Below are positions 25,729-34,602 of a stretch of DNA of 64,000 nt, in pieces (within the stretch, counting starts at the first letter, position 1; every line of letters starts with the position of its first letter). The notes beneath the pieces are model-generated. The model saw only the letters and a program-made list of their open reading frames with translations, ran no database searches and had not been told where the DNA came from. Made by a program: the position numbers and the translations under genes. Source of the DNA: Myxococcota bacterium (GTDB lineage: Bacteria; Myxococcota_A; Polyangia; Palsa-1104; JAEUJZ01); the NCBI GenBank assembly GCA_025057315.1, contig JANWXW010000134.1, positions 129-64,128 on the forward strand, in the 5' to 3' direction.

Positions 25729-27546
25729 TCAGATGCTGAGCGTGGCGGCCTTTTTGCGGCCGACCATCCAGTCGAAGAACACCCGCGACAGCCACACCGA
25801 CGTAAACAGGTTGCAGACGATGCCCGCCATCAGCGAGACGGCGAAGCCGCGGATGGGCCCCGTGCCGTAGGAGTAGAGCACAATGCCCGCCACCAGGTTG
25901 GTCACGTGGGCATCAAAGACGGTCCAGAAGGCGCGGGCAAAGCCAGCCTCCACCGCGCCGCGTGGCGTCTTGCCGGCGCGCAGCTCCTCCCGGATGCGCT
26001 CGTAGATGATGATGTTCGCATCCACCGCCATGCCGATGGTGAGCACCACGGCGGCAATGCCGGGCAGGGTCAGCGTCGCCTGCAGCAGCGCCAGCACCGC
26101 CAGCAGGTAGATGACGTTGAAGATCATCGCGATGTTGGCGACCAGGCCCGCCGCCCGGTAGTAGATGAGCATAAACAGAATGACCCACAGGGTGCCGATG
26201 ATCATTGCCGTCCTGGCGCGCGCCACCTGGTCCGTGCCCAAGGTCGGGCCCACCTGGGTCTCGAACGTCTTGCGCAGGGGCGCTGGCAGCGCTCCGTTGC
26301 GCAGGACTGCCACCAGGTCCCTGGCCTCCTGCTGCAGGGCAAAGGGGTCAGAAAACCCGCCCAGCGTGATGCGCGCCCGTCCGCCGCCGATGCGGCCCTC
26401 GATGGTGGGCGCGGAGGTGACCTTGTTGTCCAGGATGATGGCCAGGCGCCGGCCCACGTTGCTCCCGGTGACCTTTTCGAACAGGTCCGCCCCTTGCGCG
26501 TCGAAGGTAATCGACACCTCGGGGCGGCCGGTGTTCGGGTCCCACTGCACTTCGGCGTCGGTCAGGTACTCGCCGGTCAGCTCGGCCCGGCGGTGCAGGT
26601 AGTAGGTGCGCCAGACCTTGTCCTGGGTCTCCTCCCCCTGGTCGTCGCGGCGGTTGGATTGCTCCAGCAGGATCTCATGGTCCGGGGGCACGGCATACTC
26701 GGCTGGCAGCTCCTTGAGGAACTTCTCGATGACGGCGCGGTCTCGAGCGCGGAGGTAGACGTCGGTGTGCTGCGCGCCGGAGTCCTTGGCGGTCCAGGCG
26801 TCGTAGCCCACTTCCAGCCCTGGGTAGGTATCTTTTTTGCTGTCTGCATAGGCAGCAAGCTTCTGCATGAACTCGCTGCCGTCATCTACGATCTTGAACT
26901 CGAGCTGGGCGGTGCGGCCGATCTGGTTCTTCACGCGCTCGAAGTCGGCCTGCGACAGGCCGGCCAGCTCGACGATGATGTCGTTCTGCTTGCGCTGCAC
27001 CACGGGTTCGGCCACCCCGAGCGAGTCCACGCGGTTTTTGATCGTGTCCACGCCGGCGGTGACGGCATAGTTGCGGAGCTCATCGATGAGGTCGGCGTCC
27101 AGGCGGAACACCACCTCGCCCTTGGCCGGATCGCGGCTCTCCTCGGTGATGTAGCGCGCAAACTCGCGATGGAAGGCGCTGTCGATCTTGCGCACGTCGG
27201 GCTTGTGCTCAAAGCTCACCTTGAGCTGGCAGTCGGCACCCTCGCCGATGCGTATCACCTTGACGCCCTTGACCTTGCGGTCTTTGACCAGCTTTTCTTC
27301 GATTTGCGCTGCCAACCGGTCGGCCTTGTCGGTGACGGCCTTGTCTGCTTGCACCTCGTAGACCAGGTGCAGGCCGCCACGCAGGTCCAAGCCGAGCGCG
27401 ATCTTGCGCGTAAAGACGCTCCTGAACCAGCGTGGCAGCCAGTCCGTCTTGTGCGTCCAGTCTGCCACGGAGGGCAAGAGCACGGCGATGGCCAGCACGC
27501 TAAGGAGGCTGTAGGCGACTACGCGGTATCTCCAGGACCGCTCCAT
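25729..27546 (-). CDS. secD: Protein translocase subunit SecD
   Basis: LGLDLRGG, RVDSLGVAEP, VGPTLG, TLTLPGIA, GMAVDANIIIYERIREE, GPIRGFA. Confidence 0.96.
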   Translation of the reverse strand: MERSWRYRVVAYSLLSVLAIAVLLPSVADWTHKTDWLPRWFRSVFTRKIALGLDLRGGLHLVYEVQADKAVTDKADRLAAQIEEKLVKDRKVKGVKVIRIGEGADCQLKVSFEHKPDVRKIDSAFHREFARYITEESRDPAKGEVVFRLDADLIDELRNYAVTAGVDTIKNRVDSLGVAEPVVQRKQNDIIVELAGLSQADFERVKNQIGRTAQLEFKIVDDGSEFMQKLAAYADSKKDTYPGLEVGYDAWTAKDSGAQHTDVYLRARDRAVIEKFLKELPAEYAVPPDHEILLEQSNRRDDQGEETQDKVWRTYYLHRRAELTGEYLTDAEVQWDPNTGRPEVSITFDAQGADLFEKVTGSNVGRRLAIILDNKVTSAPTIEGRIGGGRARITLGGFSDPFALQQEARDLVAVLRNGALPAPLRKTFETQVGPTLGTDQVARARTAMIIGTLWVILFMLIYYRAAGLVANIAMIFNVIYLLAVLALLQATLTLPGIAAVVLTIGMAVDANIIIYERIREELRAGKTPRGAVEAGFARAFWTVFDAHVTNLVAGIVLYSYGTGPIRGFAVSLMAGIVCNLFTSVWLSRVFFDWMVGRKKAATLSI

Positions 27547-27580
27547 GGACGAAGCTCCCTCTCTGAGGTGGCGGCCCCTG

Positions 27581-27967
27581 CTACTTGGCGGCCTGGGGCG
27601 GCTGGGCAGGTTTGCCCTGGGCGGCACCCTGTCCGGCGCCCGGTCCGGTGGCGGGGATCTTGCCAGCGATGTGCGAGCGAAGGACGCGAACGCGCACCTT
27701 CTCTTGCAATTCCAGCGTCACGAACTGGTCGGTCAGGCCCTTGATTTTGCCGACCAGCCCGCCCTGCGTGTAGACTTCATCTTCTTTCTGCAGGTTTCTG
27801 AGCATCTCTTGATGCTCACGCTGCTTCTTCTGCTGGGGCCGGATCAGCAGGAAGTAGAAGATGAGAAACATAATGAGCAGGGGCACAAAGGCCCCCGCCG
27901 CACCCAAGGGGCCTCCCCCAGAGGCAGGGGCCGGGCCGTCGGCCAGGGCGAGCAGCATCGGGGTCAC
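27581..27967 (-). CDS. yajC: Preprotein translocase subunit YajC
   Basis: IFYFLLIRPQQKK, TQGGLVG; directly upstream of secDF; RBS GGGAGG. Confidence 0.95.
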   Translation of the reverse strand: MTPMLLALADGPAPASGGGPLGAAGAFVPLLIMFLIFYFLLIRPQQKKQREHQEMLRNLQKEDEVYTQGGLVGKIKGLTDQFVTLELQEKVRVRVLRSHIAGKIPATGPGAGQGAAQGKPAQPPQAAK

Positions 27968-28202
27968 GGATGGCCTCCCCGGGCCGCAAGCTGGGCCCGG
28001 ATGGTTGGTGGTTCAGATTGCAAGCCCGTGTGAGTATCAGACTGCGGCGAACGCGTCAACTCTGTTCACAGCGGCCTCCTGTCCCGGCGCCCCCGGTGCG
28101 CGGCTGCCGGCGCGGAAGCCCACCGAGCAGCAAGCTGCCCCGGGCCAAGCCCTGGTCAGGGACAGAGGGCCGCCCGGCCCGTGGATGGGGCGACCGGAGC
28201 GC

Positions 28203-28922
28203 TCAGGCCAGGGCGCGCAGCCCCTCGCGGTCTGCCAGGATCATCTTGCGTCCCTCGGTCTGGATGAGGCCGTTGCGCTTGAACTGGCTCAGGGTCAGCG
28301 ACACGGTCTCGCGCGTGGAGCCGATGAGGTTGGCCATCTCCTGGTGGGTGATCTTGAGGGACACCAAGGTTCCGCGCGCATCGTCCACGCCGTACTCGTT
28401 GCCGAGGCGCAGGAGCAATTCGGCCAGCTTGGCGTTGACATCTTTGAACACCAGGTTTTCGATTTTGTTTTCCACGTCGCGGCGGCGCTGCGCCAGGATG
28501 CGCGTGAGCCGGTAGCCGATGATTCCCTCCCGCTGCACCAGGCGCTCGAAGGTGCCGCGCTCTATCTCGGTGAGAAGCGCGTTTTCCATGGCCTCGGCCA
28601 TCTCCTCGCGCGGCCCGCCGTCAATGAGACAGAGCTCGCCGAAGATCTCGCCCGAGGTGCGGTAATCCAGCGTCAGCTCCTTGCCATCGCGCGTGACCTT
28701 GCTGATCTTCACCCGGCCGCTGTTGACGAAGTACACAGACGCCCCGGGGTCGCCGGGCAGGTAGATGACCTGCCGTCGGCGCACCTCGTGAAGCTGCATG
28801 GCCTCGGCCAGCTTCACCAGGGTGTCGTGGGTCAGGTCCTGGAACAGAGGCAGCTTCTTCAGGTACCAGAGGGCACGTTTTTCATCCTGTGGGTGTCCAG
28901 ATTCACGTTCACGGGGGGGCAT
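28203..28922 (-). CDS. Crp/Fnr family transcriptional regulator
   Basis: cNMP-binding fold (IYLPGD, SGRVKI, GEIFGE) and HTH ITHQEMANLIGSTRETVS; no Fnr cysteine cluster. Confidence 0.93.
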   Translation of the reverse strand: MPPRERESGHPQDEKRALWYLKKLPLFQDLTHDTLVKLAEAMQLHEVRRRQVIYLPGDPGASVYFVNSGRVKISKVTRDGKELTLDYRTSGEIFGELCLIDGGPREEMAEAMENALLTEIERGTFERLVQREGIIGYRLTRILAQRRRDVENKIENLVFKDVNAKLAELLLRLGNEYGVDDARGTLVSLKITHQEMANLIGSTRETVSLTLSQFKRNGLIQTEGRKMILADREGLRALA

Positions 28923-29035
28923 GCAAGGGACAATACTACAAGCGAACCTGGTGGGCAACTATCTGTTTCTGACGTTACGTTTTCGTCTCGTTCGGTCAGC
29001 GCTCGAACTGGAGGACCGTGGCAGTGGGGGCCGGG

Positions 29036-29863
29036 TTACGATGTGCCCCCCCTGTCCGACCCTGCGGCCTGCCGGCGGCGGTGCCACGCCAGCACCCCCA
29101 GGCCCGCCACGGCACTGGCGGCAAACACCAGGGCCCAGCTCCCCCGGGGCGGCTCGTCGTGGCCCGCGCGGACCAAGACGATGACCAGCGCGTTGTTGCA
29201 CAGGTGCATGCCCACCCCGGCCCACAGCGAGCCGAACCCCAGCACGGCCACGCCAAAACCGAACCCCAGGGCCGCCGTCGGCAGGAGCTTGCCCGCCGAG
29301 AGGTGGAAGGCACCAAAGAGAAGCGAGCTGGCCAGCAACGCCCCCAGCGCCGCCGCCACGGGCGGCACAGAGCGCAGCAGCCGCTGCAACATCACCGGCA
29401 GCAGCACCCCGCGGAACAGCACCTCTTCACACAGGGCCGGCACCGCGGCAAAGCAGGTCAGGTCCTGCCACAGCGGCCGCAGGCCCGAGGGCGGGCGCAG
29501 CATAAGCAGCAGCCTGCGCCGCTCCCACTCTGACATCGGCAGCACCCGCTCGATCTGCGGCTCCAGCCCCGCCGACATCGCATAAAACCACCCCGCTCCC
29601 AGCAGCACCCCACCTAGGAGCGCCACCGGCCGAAGCGGCCACAGGCCCAGACCAGCCAGCACCGGGCGGCGGCGCGCCCGCCCCCACAGCAGCGCCGGTG
29701 CAAGGACCGCCAGCAGCTCGGTCAGCGCCACCGGGCCCGGCCCACCCTTGTCCATGAGGCTGCCCAGGGCCACCAGGAGCAGCAGCGCCCCCGCAAACAG
29801 CCACAGGGCCTCGGCGACCCGAGGCGTGGGTGGTTCGACTATGAATTTAAAGGCATTTTTCAT
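29036..29863 (-). CDS. CPBP (Abi/CAAX) family intramembrane glutamic endopeptidase
   Basis: EEVLFRG, FGAFH and H..NN motifs; multiple TM helices. Confidence 0.88.
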   Translation of the reverse strand: MKNAFKFIVEPPTPRVAEALWLFAGALLLLVALGSLMDKGGPGPVALTELLAVLAPALLWGRARRRPVLAGLGLWPLRPVALLGGVLLGAGWFYAMSAGLEPQIERVLPMSEWERRRLLLMLRPPSGLRPLWQDLTCFAAVPALCEEVLFRGVLLPVMLQRLLRSVPPVAAALGALLASSLLFGAFHLSAGKLLPTAALGFGFGVAVLGFGSLWAGVGMHLCNNALVIVLVRAGHDEPPRGSWALVFAASAVAGLGVLAWHRRRQAAGSDRGGTS

Positions 29864-29903
29864 TACATATCTAATGTGACCAGAATGTGCTATGATAGAT
29901 GCT

Positions 29904-30638
29904 GTGAAAACCCTGCCCGCACTCCTGGGCTGCATCCTGGCCGGTGTGCTGCTGCCGGCCGGGGCGATCGCTCAGGCTCCCAAGGTCATCGACGAACAGG
30001 CCAAGGCCGAGGCGCTGCGTGCCTACCAGAAGGGCATGGCCCATTACAACCTGAACGAGTACGACCAGGCCATCCTTCAGTTTGAGGCCGGCTACCGCGC
30101 CGTGCCCCAGGCCGCGTTTCTCTACAACATCGCGCAGGCTCATCGGCTGGCCAACCGTCCGCAGAAGGCGCTCGAGTTTTATCGCAAGTACCTCAGGCAG
30201 GACCCGGGGGCGAAGAACTTCCGCGAGGTGCAGGAGCGGATTGAGGCCCTGGAGAAGCTGCTCGCCGAGTCCGCACGGCCTCCGGAGCAGACCTTGGCCC
30301 CCACAGGGATGGTTTCCACCGGGACCATGCCCCCCCCCAACGAACCAGCCAGGCCCAAGCCGCCCGAGCCGACCCCAGGGCCGGCCAAGGTCTCGGAGCC
30401 GGCTCCCGCAGCGGTCAAGGTCCCGCAGCCGGCTCCCGCGCTGTCCTTGGAACCCGAGCCTCCGCCGGCCCCGCTGGCCGTCTCTGCACCGGCCCCGCAG
30501 CAGCGGCGCAGCCGGGTGGTGCCGATTGTCCTTGGCGTGGTCGGCGGCGCCCTGGTCGTCGGGGCCGCGGTCGGCCTGGGCGTCTACTTTGGCACGAGGC
30601 CCCCAGATCCAGCGGTGTGGCAGGCGGTGATGCCATGA
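29904..30638 (+). CDS. TPR-containing exported/membrane protein
   Basis: Signal peptide; TPR motifs (YDQAILQFEAGY, LYNIAQAHR, ALEFYRKYL); Pro-rich linker; C-terminal TM helix; alternative start ATG 29892. Confidence 0.85.
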   Translation: MKTLPALLGCILAGVLLPAGAIAQAPKVIDEQAKAEALRAYQKGMAHYNLNEYDQAILQFEAGYRAVPQAAFLYNIAQAHRLANRPQKALEFYRKYLRQDPGAKNFREVQERIEALEKLLAESARPPEQTLAPTGMVSTGTMPPPNEPARPKPPEPTPGPAKVSEPAPAAVKVPQPAPALSLEPEPPPAPLAVSAPAPQQRRSRVVPIVLGVVGGALVVGAAVGLGVYFGTRPPDPAVWQAVMP

Positions 30639-32035
30639 GAAGAGCAACAGGTGCGACAACAACTACATTCAGATCCAGCAGACCCAGGCCCCGGCCACTG
30701 GCCACCGCGCTGCTGGCCCTGGCTGCCCTGGCCGGCTGTCGCGGGGTCGTCGATCCCTGTGCCCCCCATACCGGCACCTGCATCGCGGTGGAGGTGGAGG
30801 CCGACCTCCCTTCCGACGGTCCGCAGGGGGTCAGCCGCCTGGAGGTCACCCTTCAGCTTGGCCAGTCTGCGCCCGTTCAGCGCACCACAGAGCCACCCTC
30901 GGGGCCCACAGGCTTTCCCCTGGTCTTCCCGGTGGTTTTGGGCTCGTACGCCGGCACGGTGCGGCTCTTTATCGTCGCGCCTGAGGTCCGCCTCCAGGGC
31001 CAGACCGCTCTCTCGGTGTCCCAGGGGGAGCACGTCCGCGTGCGGGTGGTGCTGAGCAGCAGCCCTGCCACGGACACCTCGGGATCGGACGGCGACCAGG
31101 GCGGTCCCCCCGATGGGGGGGCATCCATCCCGGCGGCCCGCGCAGGGGGCGCCATGGCCTTCTTCCCGGAGCGCGGGACCCTGGTGCTCTTTGGTGGCGT
31201 TGGCGACCACCAACGGGCGCTCGGCGACACGTGGGAGTGGCGAGATGGGGCCTGGCGCCTGCTGCGGTCCTCTGATGAGGCGCCCAGCGCGCGCTTTGGC
31301 GCTGCCATGGCCTACGATTCGGCCCGCCAGGTACTCTTTTTGTGCTGCGGCCACAACGGCAAGACCGTCCTCAACGATGCCTGGCAGCTGGACGCCAAAG
31401 GCCGCTGGACCCGCTTGCTCGACCAGAACGCACCCGACTCGCCGCCGGCCCGCGCCTTCGCTCCCATGGCGCCCACCCCCACTGGCACCCTGCTGCTGGC
31501 CGGTGGCCTGCGGCCAGACACCTCCGAGGTGCTGACCGATGTCTGGGAGTACACCGGCCGCTGGCGCCAGCTCCCCCTGGAGCTCCCCACCAAGCTCCGC
31601 GGCCACGCCCTGGTGAAGACCGCACAGGAGCTGTTTCTCATCGGCTCCGATTCGGGCGGCGCTCGGCTCCAAGTGTGGATCTACAAGGCCGGTTCGTCCA
31701 ATTGGACCTCCCCCCCCCCTCTCTCCCCCTTCATCTCGAGCCGCAGGGACTTTGCGGCCGTCTACGACCCAGATGGGGGCGTCGTCTACATCCACGGCGG
31801 CGCGACCCTGGATGAGAGCCGGAACCTAGACGAGACGCTGATACTGGATGGCAGGGGGTGGGAGTGGAGGTCCTTGGGGGCCGGCGCCTCGCCGGCGCGG
31901 CGCTACGCCCAGGCGGCCTATGATCCGCAGAGCAAGGGCATCCTGCTCTTTGGCGGTCACGACGGCCGGGGGGCGCTGGGAGACACTTGGATCCTGCGCA
32001 CGGGCACCACGCGGTGGGAGCGGCTCACCCCGTGA
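30635..32035 (+). CDS. Kelch-repeat (beta-propeller) lipoprotein
   Basis: Lipobox LAGC; about six LFGG...LGDTW Kelch-like repeats; ATGA overlap with the TPR gene. Confidence 0.85.
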   Translation: MRRATGATTTTFRSSRPRPRPLATALLALAALAGCRGVVDPCAPHTGTCIAVEVEADLPSDGPQGVSRLEVTLQLGQSAPVQRTTEPPSGPTGFPLVFPVVLGSYAGTVRLFIVAPEVRLQGQTALSVSQGEHVRVRVVLSSSPATDTSGSDGDQGGPPDGGASIPAARAGGAMAFFPERGTLVLFGGVGDHQRALGDTWEWRDGAWRLLRSSDEAPSARFGAAMAYDSARQVLFLCCGHNGKTVLNDAWQLDAKGRWTRLLDQNAPDSPPARAFAPMAPTPTGTLLLAGGLRPDTSEVLTDVWEYTGRWRQLPLELPTKLRGHALVKTAQELFLIGSDSGGARLQVWIYKAGSSNWTSPPPLSPFISSRRDFAAVYDPDGGVVYIHGGATLDESRNLDETLILDGRGWEWRSLGAGASPARRYAQAAYDPQSKGILLFGGHDGRGALGDTWILRTGTTRWERLTP

Positions 32036-33144
32036 GGCCGGCGCGGTGGCGTGGAGCCGGCCCGACGGTCTGCCTGTGCGCGGGGCTGCTGGGCCTTGTG
32101 CCCGCGGGCCCGGCGCGGTCCTGGCCGGCTGCGCTCTCTAGCGAGCAGCGCCGTGCCATCGAGGCGGTGCCAGACCAGGCGCCCTACCGCGTGCGCAGCC
32201 ACTACCTGACCTCCAACGAGCTGCGCCACGACGTGTTCTTTTCGTCCATTGCGGGTCTGGGCGGTGCCTACCTGGGCGTTGGTGCGGACCAGAACTACAC
32301 CCTGGCCGCGGTGGCGGGCGCCGATCTGGTGTGGCTTGTGGACATCGACGCCCACGTGGTCCAGTGGCACCGCATCTATGCGGCGCTGGTGGCCTGGGCT
32401 CCATCGCCCGCCGAGCTGGTCAGCTTGATCGAACGCGGGCGCGAGGCCGAGGTGCGCCTGGCCCTGCGTCTGCGTTGGGGCGAGGCCGGCGAGCAGACGC
32501 TGTGGCAGGCCTTGCAGCGCGACCGCGCGCGCATTGCGGCCCATCTGCGGCAGCAACGGGGCCGCTTTCGGGATGGGCAGCCGGTCAGCTGGTTGAGCGA
32601 CCCTGCCTTGTATGCTCACATCCGGCGGCTGGCGCAGCAGCACCGGATTCAGGCGCGGGTGGGGGACGTGACCGCGCAGGCGCCGCTGCGGGGCATCGGC
32701 GACGCCCTGCGGGCGGCAGGGCTGACACTGCGGGTCTTTTATCTCTCGAACGTGGAGCAGTGGTTCCGCTACGGCCCCCACCTGGCGCGCAACCTGTCGG
32801 CGCTGCCCATCGATGACCGGACGCTGCTGCTGCGGACCCTGGCCCGACGCGAGCTGCGTGCGCCGCGAGGGGACCGCTGGCACTATTCGGTGCAGCCCAT
32901 GGCAGACCTGCTGCGGCGGCTGCAAGGGCCCGCGCCGCTGCGGCGGGTCCACGACCTCATCCCGGAGATGGCCCGCGCCGACCCGCTGGACGGAACGCCT
33001 GGCCTGTCGCTGCTCGGGCTGGCCGCTGCAGCTCCGATGCCCCTGGGTCGCACCGACCGACCCACGCCGCCACCTGGCTCCAGCGCTCGCCGGCTGACCA
33101 CCCCGCCGGCGCCGTCCTGGGCGGCGGTGGTGCTTCCCTTCTGA
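32032..33144 (+). CDS. Conserved hypothetical exported protein, possibly methyltransferase-like fold
   Basis: SNE, GGAYLGVGADQNYT, LVDID and FYLSNVEQW motifs; GTGA overlap with the upstream stop. Confidence 0.6.
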   Translation: MRPARWRGAGPTVCLCAGLLGLVPAGPARSWPAALSSEQRRAIEAVPDQAPYRVRSHYLTSNELRHDVFFSSIAGLGGAYLGVGADQNYTLAAVAGADLVWLVDIDAHVVQWHRIYAALVAWAPSPAELVSLIERGREAEVRLALRLRWGEAGEQTLWQALQRDRARIAAHLRQQRGRFRDGQPVSWLSDPALYAHIRRLAQQHRIQARVGDVTAQAPLRGIGDALRAAGLTLRVFYLSNVEQWFRYGPHLARNLSALPIDDRTLLLRTLARRELRAPRGDRWHYSVQPMADLLRRLQGPAPLRRVHDLIPEMARADPLDGTPGLSLLGLAAAAPMPLGRTDRPTPPPGSSARRLTTPPAPSWAAVVLPF

Positions 33145-33439
33145 CCTCTCTGCTCGGGGCCTTTCACCTCCGCGGCCCAGGGGAGTGCTGACCTGGTCCC
33201 TGGTCTGGACGGGAGCGGTCAGAACGGGAGGCAAGGACAGCGAGCATCGGAGATGCCTGCCGGATGCAGCAGGTCAGGGACCCAGAGACCCGAAACGCTC
33301 CATGAGTCCAGCCATTCTGCCTGGATGGCGGCCGCCCCCAGGGGGCCAGGGCGTGTCGGAGAACCAACCCTCGGCGGCAACTGCCAGACTCCCCTGGACA
33401 GCCCGCCCCTGCCACCGAGATAGTAGTAAAGAGGGCCTC

Positions 33440-33823
33440 ATGATCGATCCGATATATGCTGTGTCTCTGAAGATTCTGGCCGATGAGATCCGCGAGCTCG
33501 CGGTGGAGGTACTAGAGGACCAACCGCCGCAGTTTGTGCTTCGCGGCGTGCGCACCATGCCCACACCGGGCTGGAAGCTATGCGTGGACCGCGTGGACAA
33601 GGACATCGACGCCAGCGGGATGCGCCTGGGGGCATATCTGACCGACATCCCACCCAAGGGGATTGTGCCCCAGGTGCTGTCGCCCACCGAGGTGCGCATC
33701 CCGCTTGGGCCGCTGCCGTTGGGGCGACACCTGGTGTCGATTTTTTCCCGCCGCGAGGAGGAGGCCACTTACCGGCTTCTGCATGCCCTGGTGGTCGAGG
33801 CCGAGCGGCCCTCGGCTACCTGA
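33440..33823 (+). CDS. Hypothetical protein (PrcB C-terminal-like motif pattern)
   Basis: RBS GAGGG; PTPGW and PPKGIVPQVLSP motifs; coding-like composition. Confidence 0.55.
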   Translation: MIDPIYAVSLKILADEIRELAVEVLEDQPPQFVLRGVRTMPTPGWKLCVDRVDKDIDASGMRLGAYLTDIPPKGIVPQVLSPTEVRIPLGPLPLGRHLVSIFSRREEEATYRLLHALVVEAERPSAT

Positions 33824-34577
33824 ACAGCGTCCCCTCCTCGGCAATCACGCGCGTACAGTCGTAGCGGCCGGCCAGGCGCACCAGGCGCACCTGGCTCTTG
33901 TTCACATCGGGGTCGGGCTCGGTCATAAGGTTCTGCTTCAGCAAGGGGTGGCTCGCCCCGATCACCGACTGCTCGCTGCGGTCGCTGATCAGGCCGATCA
34001 GAGCGTCGCCCTGCACCGTGCCGGCCATGGCATTGCGCTGTCGCTGCACGACGTAGATCTCGCCGCTGGCCAGGGCGCTCATGACCCGGATGGTGACCCC
34101 GGGCTTGCCATCGCCCTCCTGATCCACCACGCGGGGGTCGTTGTCCGTGGTCGGCAGGGGCTCCCGCTCCGGGTCGGTCAGACGCACTCCCAGCAGCGTC
34201 ACGGCCTCTGGTCGGCTCCAGCGGACCACCTCGCCCTCGCGGCTGAGCAGCAGCGGCGTATCCTGCGGCGCAGCGCTCTGCGGCACCGCATCCGCGACGG
34301 TGGTGGTGATGCCCGGCGCGCCCTGGATGACCACCCGGCAGCCACGGGCCTGCATGCGCAGGCCCCCCTCGCCTCGCAGGACGTCCGCCAAGCCAAGAAT
34401 CGTGACGGTGCTGGGGATCTTGCCCACAAGCGGCACCTCCTGCAGCGTGGCGACGGTGCTCCGGCTGGCATAGCTGCCCACCAGGCGCTGCTCCACGTCC
34501 TGCAAGGACGCGTCGCCGCAGGCCCACAGCAGGGCAGCCAGCAGGGGCAGCCTCCCGGGTCTGTTTGTTCCGTGCAT
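33816..34577 (-). CDS. Hypothetical lipoprotein
   Basis: RBS GGAGGA; lipobox LWAC; DPRVVDQEGDGKPGVT motif; 25 bp downstream of the carotenoid-oxygenase gene. Confidence 0.75.
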   Translation of the reverse strand: MHGTNRPGRLPLLAALLWACGDASLQDVEQRLVGSYASRSTVATLQEVPLVGKIPSTVTILGLADVLRGEGGLRMQARGCRVVIQGAPGITTTVADAVPQSAAPQDTPLLLSREGEVVRWSRPEAVTLLGVRLTDPEREPLPTTDNDPRVVDQEGDGKPGVTIRVMSALASGEIYVVQRQRNAMAGTVQGDALIGLISDRSEQSVIGASHPLLKQNLMTEPDPDVNKSQVRLVRLAGRYDCTRVIAEEGTLFR

Positions 34578-34602
34578 GGCGGTCCTCCCTTTCGATTTGG
34601 GT

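Noticed and set aside
28203-28922. MrpC or FNR ortholog
   Set aside because: No Fnr cysteine cluster and no recognisable MrpC-specific sequence; left as generic Crp/Fnr
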